From IMG/VR virus record IMGVR_UViG_3300037067_021710: a stretch of 64,000 nucleotides of DNA; one strand, written 5' to 3'. The notes under the pieces are model-generated. The model ran no database searches, had not been told where the DNA came from, and worked only from the letters and a program-made list of their open reading frames with translations. This DNA comes from a virus. Lineage: Duplodnaviria > Caudoviricetes. The translations under genes were made by a program, and so were the position numbers. Shown here in pieces: positions 1 through 9,751 of this stretch (position 1 is the first letter of the stretch; the number at the start of each line of letters is the position of its first letter).

Positions 1-448
1 AATATATTCCCAGACCGGTTCCATTGTCAGCACAGTCGTATACAAGACAGGAATCGATAAGACAGGTTACTGATGCAATCAATCCCCGTACATAGTTACC
101 ATCTGCGTTGCTATTAGATAGTGCTACACCAATTACTCTTGTATATGGGTCTGCAATATTCAGGCAGCATCCATTATTAGCGTTAATAACTATTCTGTAT
201 CCGGTTCCCCTAACACTCGTGTGTCTATTTGCTTTTGCGACATTAACAGTTATAAAATGGGTTGCATCAGTTGTCCAACCGTCAATAACGCAAGCATTTG
301 CATCTAATCCACCGGAACAATTAAACGTAATGGTATTACCATCTCCCACCAGATTGGCGTAGGTGGCTTGCATCCCTGCTTCGGCAGCAGATAGTGATAC
401 ATAATCTGCTCCTCCATCTGGATTAACTGTGCAAGATATAGCAGCCAT
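1..448 (-). CDS. beta-helix/pectin-lyase-like virion or tailspike-type protein, runs off window start; paralog of 1008..1967
   Basis: Not in ORF track. ATG at 448 reads MAAISCTVNPDGGADYVSLSAAEAG...NRHTSVRGTGYR, open to position 1; shares DY.SLSAA.AG and RH...RGTGYR with 1008..1967. Confidence 0.7.
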   Translation of the reverse strand, partial: MAAISCTVNPDGGADYVSLSAAEAGMQATYANLVGDGNTITFNCSGGLDANACVIDGWTTDATHFITVNVAKANRHTSVRGTGYRIVINANNGCCLNIADPYTRVIGVALSNSNADGNYVRGLIASVTCLIDSCLVYDCADNGTGLGIY

Positions 449-861
449 TATTCTTTAACAACTTCCATAGCTGGCTTTAATACATCTAAAACTATTGCTT
501 TAGCTGATAATTCAGCTTTAATACTATCTAATTCTGTTTTTATAGATTCATTAGCTAAAACATGATTAGTTACTTCTAAAGGTAATGTTGCTTGAAAAGA
601 ACCTTCAGTTAATTTCATAGAATATTTAGGTCTTACTTCAAGTTTCTTAATTTCACCTGTAGTTGGATCTTCCCAACATTGAACTATTTTAGGTTGTAAA
701 GCACTTGCTTGAGCCTGAACTTCTTCTCTTGTACCCTCAATAGTAGTAAGATCAAATAGACCATTGGCTATTTGTGCTCTTTCCATTAAGCCTAATTCTT
801 GATCATCTTCGTAATAAGCAACTACGTCTGTTGTTGCTTTTAGTGTTAGTATTTTTGCCAT
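448..861 (-). CDS. small protein paired with beta-helix gene (possible chaperone/adaptor); paralog of 1951..2286
   Basis: GGGGG SD; shares D.V..Y.D.QE, G.FDL.T...TREE, W.D...G..K with 1951..2286. Confidence 0.7.
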   Translation of the reverse strand: MAKILTLKATTDVVAYYEDDQELGLMERAQIANGLFDLTTIEGTREEVQAQASALQPKIVQCWEDPTTGEIKKLEVRPKYSMKLTEGSFQATLPLEVTNHVLANESIKTELDSIKAELSAKAIVLDVLKPAMEVVKE

Positions 862-873
862 TTATATCCCCCC

Positions 874-933
874 TTAAAAATATCTATCCGCGTCGGCGTC
901 AAATGTGGTTGTATTGAGTGCGGTTATTGCCAT
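874..933 (-). CDS. 19-aa micro-ORF MAITALNTTTFDADADRYF
   Basis: Read manually; same length, position and MAI...NTTTF motif as 2283..2342. Confidence 0.4.
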   Translation of the reverse strand: MAITALNTTTFDADADRYF

Positions 934-1007
934 TGTCATTAACGCAAAAGGCCCGGCTCCCCATCTCTGGGAATTGCTGAGGCTATTTTAATTATATGTT
1001 GTTGCAT

Positions 1008-1967
1008 TTAACAAATACCTTGTTGTTGTAAATGATATATTACAATTGGTATTTTTATTCCAGTCGTCCCGCCGCCCTCCTCGACATACTCTGCCGCGCC
1101 CACCGCCGGAGGATTTGCTCTTGTGCGCCCGTAAAAGTCGGTGAGTACTGACGCAAGATACGTCCCCGCGCCCATGAGGTCGGACGTGGCGGCGATGTTC
1201 GCGTTTTCAGATCCCGCCGTGGCGTTGGTAAAATCACACGCGGCAACCTCGATCTCCGATGTGCCGGACGCGTCGGACGCCGGGGACGTGGCCTTTGTCA
1301 TCGCACCAAAGTAGCCAGCATCAGCGTCGTCGCCGTCGACGTAACAGTTGGTGACGTAGCACACGGCCCCACCAGACATATCAGCGTAAAATCCAACGTA
1401 TGATGGATTCAGAATTGTATTGTTGTAGCAGTAGATATTTCCGGTGCCAACCGCTTCAATCCCAAACTGTCCACCGTATGTGATATTATTGATTACATAA
1501 AATATTGATGCGCCGCCGTACATCTCAATACAGCCCTCGGAGGGATTGTACATAAGACAATTTTTTAACGTGTGAGTCAGGCCTGAGCGCGTAGTGTTGT
1601 CGGCGAGGAAGCAACATCCATAATCTGCGGTTGATGTATTGCGAGCCGCGATTCCATCGATAGTGACAGGACATTCTATATTTCTTAGATATATATTTTG
1701 TCCACCACCAATAGAATGGACATTTCTATATCCTGTTCCTCTTGTACCATTATGGCGTTCAGCAACAGGAACAGTTATGGTTAGTGCTGTAATATTCCAA
1801 CCCGCATCAAGCGTGATTTCTCCCGCCGTGTCCTCCATCGCGTAGCACTCTATGATAACGCTATTTGTGTTTACGTTGTCACCGCTCGCCTTTATCCCCG
1901 CATCAGCAGCAGATAGGCTGGCATAATCACCCGCAGATGATTTTACTGTTTTAACTATTACTGCCAT
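1008..1967 (-). CDS. beta-helix/pectin-lyase-like virion protein
   Basis: 319 aa with N/C-ladder repeats (KNCL, NNIT, NNTI, TNCY) and C-terminal DFYGRTR...VGAAEY. Confidence 0.65.
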   Translation of the reverse strand: MAVIVKTVKSSAGDYASLSAADAGIKASGDNVNTNSVIIECYAMEDTAGEITLDAGWNITALTITVPVAERHNGTRGTGYRNVHSIGGGQNIYLRNIECPVTIDGIAARNTSTADYGCCFLADNTTRSGLTHTLKNCLMYNPSEGCIEMYGGASIFYVINNITYGGQFGIEAVGTGNIYCYNNTILNPSYVGFYADMSGGAVCYVTNCYVDGDDADAGYFGAMTKATSPASDASGTSEIEVAACDFTNATAGSENANIAATSDLMGAGTYLASVLTDFYGRTRANPPAVGAAEYVEEGGGTTGIKIPIVIYHLQQQGIC

Positions 1968-2286
1968 TGACTATCTTTTTATTATCATCTTCGTTCCCGA
2001 AGTTATGAATTATTTTACCGTCGAAATACCGCAGTATAGCGGAAGGGTGCTTATTGATTTCTTTCCATTGCCCGTCGTCAGTGTCGAGCCATACTCGTTT
2101 AACGAGAGGCTTCATGGCATCGATTTCTTCGCGTGTCTGCGTGACTGTGACGAGGTCAAAAACCCCATCTTTGATTTGCTGTAATTCGTCACCGTAAATT
2201 TCTTGATTATCATCATATATGGAGACGATATCATTCTTGTTGTACTTTTTTAGTTTGGCTGTATTTTTAACCAGTAGTAATTTCAA
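1951..2286 (-). CDS. small protein, paralog of 448..861
   Basis: TTG start with GGGGG SD; sequence similarity to 448..861. Confidence 0.65.
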   Translation of the reverse strand: MKLLLVKNTAKLKKYNKNDIVSIYDDNQEIYGDELQQIKDGVFDLVTVTQTREEIDAMKPLVKRVWLDTDDGQWKEINKHPSAILRYFDGKIIHNFGNEDDNKKIVNGSNS

Positions 2287-2342
2287 TGGTTCCCCCTATT
2301 GGTGGCGGTGAATGTGGTGGTGTTTTTTGCAAGTATTGCCAT
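2283..2342 (-). CDS. 19-aa micro-ORF MAILAKNTTTFTATNRGNH
   Basis: Read manually; stop overlaps TTG start of the next gene; paralog of 874..933. Confidence 0.4.
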   Translation of the reverse strand: MAILAKNTTTFTATNRGNH

Positions 2343-2344
2343 AT

Positions 2345-2764
2345 TTATAGTTTACTATGTTTTTCTTCACAAAGATCTTTAAAATCTTTAATGCTTTGAT
2401 CAAGTCGTTTTAATTCAGAATCAATTTGTTTACGTAAACCTTCAATTGTAGAAGTATTGCTTGAAGTCTCTTGAACTAAATTTTTTACTGATCCTTTTAA
2501 ATCAACAAGTATTTCCTGCCAAAATGCTCTTTCAGTTTTTAAACCTTCACTAATGTTTTTAAATGAAATATGCATCTCATCAGCAAAAGTCTTAAATTTT
2601 TCATTAAGACGCATTTCTGATTCGGTTATTTTATCGTTTCGATGTTTTAAAGTAAGGCGTAGAACAACGACAAACAAAGAGACGATAGCGCCAACAGCAA
2701 CATTAGCCCACTTAAGAAAGATGTCCAAAAATTGAAACGTTGATTGTTCTTGTCCAGTTGCCAT
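2345..2764 (-). CDS. membrane-anchored coiled-coil protein
   Basis: One N-terminal hydrophobic helix followed by a heptad-rich tail. Confidence 0.65.
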   Translation of the reverse strand: MATGQEQSTFQFLDIFLKWANVAVGAIVSLFVVVLRLTLKHRNDKITESEMRLNEKFKTFADEMHISFKNISEGLKTERAFWQEILVDLKGSVKNLVQETSSNTSTIEGLRKQIDSELKRLDQSIKDFKDLCEEKHSKL

Positions 2765-2795
2765 GTAATTTCAAACTCACCATAAGCCATAGTTA

Positions 2796-3137
2796 TTATT
2801 CTCTCGCAAATATAAAACTTAAGCTTCCAGTATGGCCTGATGACCCTGAAGCTGTTACATATGAAATTTCTCCTTTTATATTTTCTAATGTTAGAGAAGC
2901 TGCACTTGCCAAAGACATCAATGTAGAAATTGATTTATCTGCTAACCATTTAGTGTATTCTGCAGCAGTCCATAAACCAAAATTAGCGCTTTTGCCACTA
3001 CTATTTGTAATGAAAACTTTAGTTGGCCGATAATTTCCTATTCCAGCCATAAGTGGGGTAGTATCTGTAAGAGCTTGAGAAACACAAGTTCCAGAATTTA
3101 AAGAGCCAGAAATAAATAAAATTTGTTCAAAAAGCAT
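2796..3137 (-). CDS. hypothetical late protein
   Basis: GAGG SD and TACTAATAA motif upstream. Confidence 0.7.
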   Translation of the reverse strand: MLFEQILFISGSLNSGTCVSQALTDTTPLMAGIGNYRPTKVFITNSSGKSANFGLWTAAEYTKWLADKSISTLMSLASAASLTLENIKGEISYVTASGSSGHTGSLSFIFARE

Positions 3138-3163
3138 ATATATTACCTCAAAATTTTCTTTAA

Positions 3164-3172
3164 TTATTAGTA
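3164..3172 (-). promoter_or_regulatory. putative late promoter TACTAATAA
   Basis: One of 11 exact minus-strand copies upstream of late genes. Confidence 0.6.
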
Positions 3173-3181
3173 AAAAATTAC

Positions 3182-3601
3182 TTAAATATAATTTAATACA
3201 TTTAGAATAGTTAAAAGCTCTACTTGATTTTCTTTTTCTAAAATATCAGTAACCTCTTTAGGGAAGAAGTCTAATTCAAATGATGTTAATAACACATATA
3301 GTTCTGAGGCATAGATTAAAATATAATAGCGATTTGTAGGATCTCGCTCATTTAAAAAATCTGATTGAAGTGTTATTTTTAAAGCTTCAACATAAGAAGT
3401 ATGTTTTTCAATGAGCCATAAAGCAAGAGCTTCAGGAGCCATATTTTGAACTACAAGTTTTTCTTTTTTGAAGTCTTTTTCACTACTTTCTAAAGCTTTC
3501 TCTATATTTTCACACTTTTGTATTTCAATCTTTAAAGCTTCTTGTTCAGCAGCTAATAGTTCCTTTTTAACTTCTTTTTTAATGCTTTTTATTGATTTCA
3601 T
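3182..3601 (-). CDS. hypothetical protein
   Basis: 139-aa ORF with TACTAATAA upstream. Confidence 0.65.
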   Translation of the reverse strand: MKSIKSIKKEVKKELLAAEQEALKIEIQKCENIEKALESSEKDFKKEKLVVQNMAPEALALWLIEKHTSYVEALKITLQSDFLNERDPTNRYYILIYASELYVLLTSFELDFFPKEVTDILEKENQVELLTILNVLNYI

Positions 3602-3639
3602 ACATTTTTTTTATTTATTTTGAATTGGTTTTGTATTAT

Positions 3640-3648
3640 TTATTAGTA
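3640..3648 (-). promoter_or_regulatory. putative late promoter TACTAATAA
   Basis: Exact motif in divergent intergenic region. Confidence 0.55.
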
Positions 3649-3662
3649 GAACATTGAAAATA

Positions 3663-3673
3663 TACTAACAATT
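3663..3673 (+). promoter_or_regulatory. possible late promoter variant TACTAACAATT for the sugar operon
   Basis: One mismatch to TACTAATAATT, about 50 nt upstream of the first operon gene. Confidence 0.35.
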
Positions 3674-3723
3674 ATAATAGAAAAAGTAAGTAATAACTTT
3701 TCTATATAAGGAGATTATTCAAT

Positions 3724-4326
3724 TTGCTAACAGTAGTTTGGGATGTAGACGAAACATTAAACCATTATATTCAAGAATTATTGGTTTATATAAATTTTTG
3801 TCTTGATAAAAATATAAATTTTGAAAATATAAAGTATTATAATCTGACTAAAAGTCTTCCTTTTTTAACGGAGGTAGAATGTTGGTATTATTTAGACAAG
3901 TTTAAGTTTATAGGAAAATATGAAGAGTTAAAACCAAATGAAAAAATATATGAATGGTTTCAAAAATATGGCCATAAAGCTTATCATATTGCTTTAACAG
4001 CAGCGTCATTACGAGCTTCGCATATCTCAGCTTCTTGGATATTTCAGAACTTTGGGCAATGGATTAGGGGAATACAAATAATACCCTCAGACCCAACTGA
4101 AAATGTTATAATTTATGATAAAAAGAAAATAGATTGGTTAAAAAGAAATAAAGCTGATATTTACATCGAGGATTGTGAAGAGAATTATATAGAAGCTAAA
4201 AAATTAGGATTTGAGAGCTTATTAATAAAAAAGCCGTGGAATAACGGTGAATCAATAGAAATAGTTTTAGAAAAATTGACTAATTTTCTAGGAGTTTATG
4301 ATACGAGTAGCAGACTACATTTTTAA
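3724..4326 (+). CDS. HAD-superfamily 5'(3')-nucleotidase-like phosphatase
   Basis: N-terminal WDVDETL (DxD) and IYIED motif; AGGAG SD, TTG start. Confidence 0.7.
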   Translation: MLTVVWDVDETLNHYIQELLVYINFCLDKNINFENIKYYNLTKSLPFLTEVECWYYLDKFKFIGKYEELKPNEKIYEWFQKYGHKAYHIALTAASLRASHISASWIFQNFGQWIRGIQIIPSDPTENVIIYDKKKIDWLKRNKADIYIEDCEENYIEAKKLGFESLLIKKPWNNGESIEIVLEKLTNFLGVYDTSSRLHF

Positions 4327-6076
4327 ATATCTTGCAGATTATGGTATTAAACATGTTTTTCTAGTAACGGGTGGGGGTTCCATGTTTCTTAATGAAGCTC
4401 TACGAAAAGAAACTAGAATTAAATATGTTTGTAATCATCATGAGCAAGCTTCCGCAATTGCTGCTGAAGGGTATGCAAGAACTTCAGGAAAACTAGCTGT
4501 TGTTAGTGTAACTTCTGGGCCAGGTGGAACTAATACTTTAACTGGAGTTTTGGGTCAATGGGCAGACTCAGTTCCAGTATTATACATATCGGGTCAAGTA
4601 AAATTTAAAACTACACTAGCTTCAGCATCAAATGCTAATTTAAGGCAGTTAGGTGATCAAGAAATTAACATAATTGATATTGTAAAGCCAATAACAAAAT
4701 ATGCTAAAATGATAACGGATCCAAAAACAATTAAAGAAGAATTAAAAAAAGCAATTTTTATTGCTACTTCAGGAAGGCCTGGGCCTGTTTGGCTTGATAT
4801 CCCTCTTGATGTTCAAGGAGCTTTAATAGATGAAAATGCTTTACTTACTTCTGACCAAATTTTTTGGTTAAAACCTAATAATAATATTTATCTAGTTATA
4901 GATGCTTTAAAACAAGCTAAAAGGCCTTTAATTATTGCAGGCCACGGCATTAGAATTGCTAAAGCAAAACAAGAATTGTTAGAATTAATAGAATTATTAC
5001 ACATTCCAGTAGTCACCACATTTAATGGTTTTGATTTAATACAATCTAATCATAATAATTTTATTGGTAGGATCGGAACTTTAGGAAGTAGAGCTGGAAA
5101 TTTTGCTTTACAAAATGCAGATTTAATTATTTGCTTAGGGACTCGAAATAATATTCGGCAAGTTAGTTATGATTGGAAAAATTTTGCTAAAAATGCTAAA
5201 AAGATTATTATAGATATTGATTCTTCTGAATTAAAAAAACCTACAATAATTGGAGACATTCGTATTAACACAGATGTTAAAGATTTTATAGAAGCCTTTC
5301 TTGAAAATTATCACAAAAATTTTATTATAAATCTTGATTGGTTATGGCTACTTTGGTGCCAAGATAAAAAAAAGAAATATCCTGTTATTCTTGATGAATA
5401 TAGAACACAAGAAAGTATAAACCCCTATTATTTTATAGAACAATTAACTACTGAAGCAAATGAAGATGCAATTATTATAGCTGGAAATGGGACTGCTTGT
5501 GTTACTTTATTTCAAGCAGGAATAGTTAAAAAGAATCAACGTATTTTTTGGAATTCAGGTTGTGCTGCTATGGGCTATGATTTGCCTGCAGCAATTGGAG
5601 CGGCTTTTGCTTCTAATAAGTCTGTTATTTGTTTAGCAGGTGATGGAAGTTTACAAATGAATCTTCAAGAATTACAAACTGTAAAGCATCATAATTTACC
5701 TATTAAACTTTTTGTACTAAATAACTCTGGCTATCAATCAATTTATCAAACTCAAAATAATTTATTTGAAGGTAATCTTATCGGATGTACTAAAGAATCT
5801 GGAGTCTCATTTCCTAGTATTCAAAAATTAGCAAAAGCTTATGATCTTAAATATTGCAAAATTAACTCAACTAAACGCTTAAATAAAAACATTACTAAAG
5901 TTTTAAATTATGATGGGCCTGTTATTTGTGAAGTTATTTTATCTAATAACTATATTTTTGCACCTAAACTTTCTTCTCAAAAACAAGAGGATGGAACTAT
6001 GCTATCTCAACCATTGGAAAATATGTTTCCTTTTTTAAGCAAAGAAGAATTAAAGGAGAATATGATTAATGTTTAA
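4298..6076 (+). CDS. thiamine-pyrophosphate-dependent enzyme (acetolactate synthase fold, YerE-like sugar C-branching)
   Basis: HHEQ, TSGPGGTN, GDGSLQMN...NN TPP motifs; lies in a CDP-sugar cluster. Confidence 0.85.
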   Translation: MIRVADYIFKYLADYGIKHVFLVTGGGSMFLNEALRKETRIKYVCNHHEQASAIAAEGYARTSGKLAVVSVTSGPGGTNTLTGVLGQWADSVPVLYISGQVKFKTTLASASNANLRQLGDQEINIIDIVKPITKYAKMITDPKTIKEELKKAIFIATSGRPGPVWLDIPLDVQGALIDENALLTSDQIFWLKPNNNIYLVIDALKQAKRPLIIAGHGIRIAKAKQELLELIELLHIPVVTTFNGFDLIQSNHNNFIGRIGTLGSRAGNFALQNADLIICLGTRNNIRQVSYDWKNFAKNAKKIIIDIDSSELKKPTIIGDIRINTDVKDFIEAFLENYHKNFIINLDWLWLLWCQDKKKKYPVILDEYRTQESINPYYFIEQLTTEANEDAIIIAGNGTACVTLFQAGIVKKNQRIFWNSGCAAMGYDLPAAIGAAFASNKSVICLAGDGSLQMNLQELQTVKHHNLPIKLFVLNNSGYQSIYQTQNNLFEGNLIGCTKESGVSFPSIQKLAKAYDLKYCKINSTKRLNKNITKVLNYDGPVICEVILSNNYIFAPKLSSQKQEDGTMLSQPLENMFPFLSKEELKENMINV

Positions 6077-6830
6077 AAAAGCAAAATTATTTGTTGTTGA
6101 TTTAGATGGTACTTTATGGTTAGGAAGTACTGTGCTTCCTGGAGCCTGGACACTTATAGATACTTTACAAAAAAAAGGTAAAGTTATTTTTTTTACTAAT
6201 ACTTCTACACAAACTTCATGGCAAATATATAAAAAACTTATTAGTTTAGGGTTTAATTGCGAATTAGAAGATGTATATACTTCATCATCATTAACTGCAA
6301 TATACTTATTTGAAAACAAAATAAATAACGTGTATATTATTGGTTCAAAAGCTCTTGAAACTGAAATTAACTCAGCTGGTGTTAAGATACTACGAGATGA
6401 AACTGCAATGAATCTAGTAGTAGGGTTAGATGTGAATTTCAATTATAAGAAAATAACAACTGCCTTAAATATTTTATTAAATGACGGAAAGTTTATTGTT
6501 TGTAATAAAGACAAATGTTTTCCTATTGAAAACGGGAAATTTTTACCTGGATGTGGGTCTATTGTAAGTTCCATTACTACTGCTTCTGATAGAGAACCTG
6601 ATTTTATAGTAGGGAAGCCAAATCCGTATTTACTTTCAAAGCTTTCAAAAAAATATAATATGCATAAAAGTCAAATTGTTGTAATTGGAGATTCTTATGA
6701 AAGTGATTTTCAATTAGCTCTAAATTTTGGGTGCTCTTACATTATCATTGGAAAAAATAACTTTCAATATAAAAATGGTATAGAGGTCACTAATTTAACG
6801 GAGATATTACATGAACACATTAGAATATGA
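6069..6830 (+). CDS. HAD-IIA (NagD-like) hydrolase
   Basis: DLDGTL, GKPN, IGDSYESD motifs. Confidence 0.85.
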   Translation: MFKKAKLFVVDLDGTLWLGSTVLPGAWTLIDTLQKKGKVIFFTNTSTQTSWQIYKKLISLGFNCELEDVYTSSSLTAIYLFENKINNVYIIGSKALETEINSAGVKILRDETAMNLVVGLDVNFNYKKITTALNILLNDGKFIVCNKDKCFPIENGKFLPGCGSIVSSITTASDREPDFIVGKPNPYLLSKLSKKYNMHKSQIVVIGDSYESDFQLALNFGCSYIIIGKNNFQYKNGIEVTNLTEILHEHIRI

Positions 6831-7593
6831 AATGATCGATTCTTTAAAAAGGCTTAAAAATGACTATGGAGTTTTTCAAATTAAAGCAGAATTTGAGAAT
6901 GAGGGTAGTCGACAAGTAGAACTTATGCGGCTTAAAGATGTTGCTGACTATGTTGGATTACCAATAATTCTTAAAATAGGTGGAGTAGAGGCAGTAACAG
7001 ATGTATATGAAGCTTTATCACTTGGAGCAAAAGGAATTATTGCTCCAATGGCTGAAACGGCTTTTGCAGTAAGTAAGTTCTTAGATGCTATCGACACTTT
7101 TATAGCTGAAGACAATCGTAAGGATATTGAGTTTGCTATTAATATAGAAACAATAACTGCTTTCAATAACTATAATGAAATTTTACAATTGGACAAAATA
7201 AAATTATTAAATAGTATTACTATTGGGAGAGTTGATTTTACAGGGTCTTTAAAAAAAGATAGAAGTTTTGCAAATAGTAAAGAAATGCTAGATTATTGCC
7301 TTTCAATTTTTCAAAAAACTAAAAATATAGATTTACATACTGCTTTAGGCGGGGCAATTACTCTTGAGTCTACTTCATTTATTCAAACTCTCATATCTAT
7401 GAGTCTTTTAGATAAATACGAAACTCGAAAATTAGTATATGATAAAAATGCTATTTATACAATTAAAGAAGGGTTGCTTGAAGGAATTAAATTTGAACTT
7501 TTATGGTTAAAAAGTAAAAAACGCTATTACCATCTAATTGCTATCGAGGATGAAAAACGAATTAAAATGATCGAGGCAAGACTTAATGGCTAA
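6811..7593 (+). CDS. HpcH/HpaI aldolase-citrate lyase family protein
   Basis: KIGG.EA, IIAPMAET, INIET, IGRVD motifs. Confidence 0.75.
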   Translation: MNTLEYEMIDSLKRLKNDYGVFQIKAEFENEGSRQVELMRLKDVADYVGLPIILKIGGVEAVTDVYEALSLGAKGIIAPMAETAFAVSKFLDAIDTFIAEDNRKDIEFAINIETITAFNNYNEILQLDKIKLLNSITIGRVDFTGSLKKDRSFANSKEMLDYCLSIFQKTKNIDLHTALGGAITLESTSFIQTLISMSLLDKYETRKLVYDKNAIYTIKEGLLEGIKFELLWLKSKKRYYHLIAIEDEKRIKMIEARLNG

Positions 7594-8686
7594 ATGTAAA
7601 ATTTGTAGTCATAAAATACCTGCATTAGAAAATATTGATTTATTATGTATTAAAGATGTGCCTGAAAGTACTTTTAATTTTTCAGATACAACAATAAATT
7701 TATATATTCATAATTGTAATTTTTGTGGAGCTGTATATTTATCAGATAATATTGTTCCTTTAAGTGTTGACTATGATGTTGTGTATAGAAGTATAGGGTT
7801 ATCTAGTTTACGAGAAACAAAAAAAGAACAACTAAAAAAGTTTATTAAGACTTATAATTTAACAGATAAAACTCTTGTTGAAATTGGTTGTGGTGATGGG
7901 CAATTTTTAGAAATATTTCGAGAACTTAAGATAAATATAGAAGGTATTGAAGTAGGATCGGGAAATTATAATAGGTGCCTTAATAAAAATCTTAAAGTTG
8001 AACATGGGGACATAAGTAGATTAAAAAAGAATAATTATGATGCTTTTTTTACTTTTTATTATTTAGAACATTTACCTTATCCAATTGAATTTATAAAACA
8101 ATTATATTCTATACTTAGACCTGGTGGAATAGGATTAATAGAAGTTCCCAGTTATGATTGTATAGAAAAAAATAATGTTTGGTTAGAATTCACAAAAGAC
8201 CATAGATTTTATTTTAGAAAAAGAACTCTTCAATATTTATTATGTAAATGCGGATTTCAAATAGAGTCTATAGAAACAGATGAAGATACTCTTTGTTTAA
8301 AAGCTATAGTAAAAAAGCCAAATACAACTAATTTTATTTCTATGTTAAATCAAATAAAAAATGATGTAAAAGATTTTAAAAATTTAGTAGATGTATATCA
8401 AGGGTCTTTTGCAATATATGGAGCAGGACATTATGCGCAGTTACTACTCAACCAAGTCTATGCTCAATATCAAATAAAACCAACAAGAATTTTTGATTCA
8501 AATGTGCAAAAGTGGGGAAATAAACTTTGTAATATTTGTATTGAAGATAAAGTTGCATTTGAAAATACTAATGATTATAAAGCAATAATTATTATTTGCG
8601 GCATATATAATAATGAAGTAAGTACTATGCTTACTAACATTAAAACAAAATTAAATAAATCAGTGGAGATTATGACATGGAAATGA
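7586..8686 (+). CDS. class I SAM methyltransferase (sugar C-methyltransferase-like)
   Basis: N-terminal CxxC...CxxC, EIGCGDG, LEH, C-terminal IYGAG Rossmann domain. Confidence 0.8.
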   Translation: MAKCKICSHKIPALENIDLLCIKDVPESTFNFSDTTINLYIHNCNFCGAVYLSDNIVPLSVDYDVVYRSIGLSSLRETKKEQLKKFIKTYNLTDKTLVEIGCGDGQFLEIFRELKINIEGIEVGSGNYNRCLNKNLKVEHGDISRLKKNNYDAFFTFYYLEHLPYPIEFIKQLYSILRPGGIGLIEVPSYDCIEKNNVWLEFTKDHRFYFRKRTLQYLLCKCGFQIESIETDEDTLCLKAIVKKPNTTNFISMLNQIKNDVKDFKNLVDVYQGSFAIYGAGHYAQLLLNQVYAQYQIKPTRIFDSNVQKWGNKLCNICIEDKVAFENTNDYKAIIIICGIYNNEVSTMLTNIKTKLNKSVEIMTWK

Positions 8687-9732
8687 CTGTAAGAGAAACA
8701 AAAAATAGGCTAACACTGCAAGAAAAAAAACCATTAGCTTATGCGAAGATTATTAAACACCCCGAAAAAATTCTAAAAAAAGAATGCGTAGCAATGATTC
8801 AACTCCAATATAATTACTTATGTAATATGCGTTGCAAGCACTGCAGCATCGAAAGACTTAAAAATAATCCTGGTAAAAATCAATTAACTGTTCCTGATGT
8901 AAAACGTATTGCTGATCAGGCTGATGCAATAGGATTAGGAAGTATTTGTATTACTGGTGGAGAGCCTCTTATGTTTCCAGATTTAAAAGAAGTAATGGAA
9001 GCAATTGGCCCAGAAAGATTTGTAATTTCTATGGATACTAATGGATGGTTACTTACTGAAGAAAAAGTTAAATGGTTAGCTGCTAATGGTTTAGATAGAA
9101 TACATTTAAGTATGGATGGTCTTGCAGAAAATCATGCTAAGTTTAGAAAAACTAAAGGTTCATGGGAAAGAAATTTAAAAGCTATAGAATACTGTAAAGC
9201 ATATGGTCTTGACACAATTATAAATATAGTTGCTACTAAAAGTCTAGTTATAAGCGGGGAGCTTATTAAACAACTTGATTATATAGCTCAATTTGGAGTA
9301 CATGCAAGCATAATATATGCAAAACCCATTGGGTCTTTTGAAGATAGTAAAAATGAAATTTTAAATACTGAAGATCTTGCTTTTATTCAATCTTTAACAA
9401 GTAAATATAATTGTTCAACTCATTTATCTTTAAATTGTGGACATTATTTTGGGTGCTTATGCTTAAAACGCCATTTATCAATTTCTGCTTCAGGTGATTT
9501 ACTGCCTTGTCCTTGGATACCAATTACACTTGGAAATATTTTTGAGGAAGACTTAGCCACAATTATAAATCGTGGTTTAGAAATGCCTTGGTTTTCTTAT
9601 GATCATCAACAAAGTTGCCTTTGTGGAAATGAAGATACTTTCTTTTATAAAAATATTATGCCTCAAATAAATAAAGCTACAACATATCCAGTTAAGTATA
9701 CTGAAATTGACTGGCATTTAGATAAAGCATAA
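8677..9732 (+). CDS. radical SAM/SPASM protein
   Basis: CNMRCKHC, TGGEP, C-terminal Cys cluster with GDLLPCP. Confidence 0.9.
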   Translation: MEMTVRETKNRLTLQEKKPLAYAKIIKHPEKILKKECVAMIQLQYNYLCNMRCKHCSIERLKNNPGKNQLTVPDVKRIADQADAIGLGSICITGGEPLMFPDLKEVMEAIGPERFVISMDTNGWLLTEEKVKWLAANGLDRIHLSMDGLAENHAKFRKTKGSWERNLKAIEYCKAYGLDTIINIVATKSLVISGELIKQLDYIAQFGVHASIIYAKPIGSFEDSKNEILNTEDLAFIQSLTSKYNCSTHLSLNCGHYFGCLCLKRHLSISASGDLLPCPWIPITLGNIFEEDLATIINRGLEMPWFSYDHQQSCLCGNEDTFFYKNIMPQINKATTYPVKYTEIDWHLDKA

Positions 9733-9751
9733 TAAAGTTGAGAAAACTAAA

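Noticed and set aside
1-2342. Diversity-generating retroelement TR/VR pair
   Set aside because: Paralogs are divergent throughout rather than differing only at adenines, and no reverse transcriptase is in the window.
108-3033. Plus-strand and alternate-frame ORFs 108..362, 1055..1246, 1639..1845, 2553..2735, 2740..3033 and similar shadow ORFs elsewhere (e.g. 20219..20713, 41532..41873, 58886..59356)
   Set aside because: Antisense or out-of-frame overlaps of better-supported genes, with no SD or motifs.
3654-3678. sigma70 promoter TTGAAA...TATAAT for the sugar operon
   Set aside because: Spacer is only 13 nt.
4298-6076. ilvB / branched-chain amino-acid synthesis
   Set aside because: No small subunit or other ilv genes; CDP-sugar context favours a YerE-like role.
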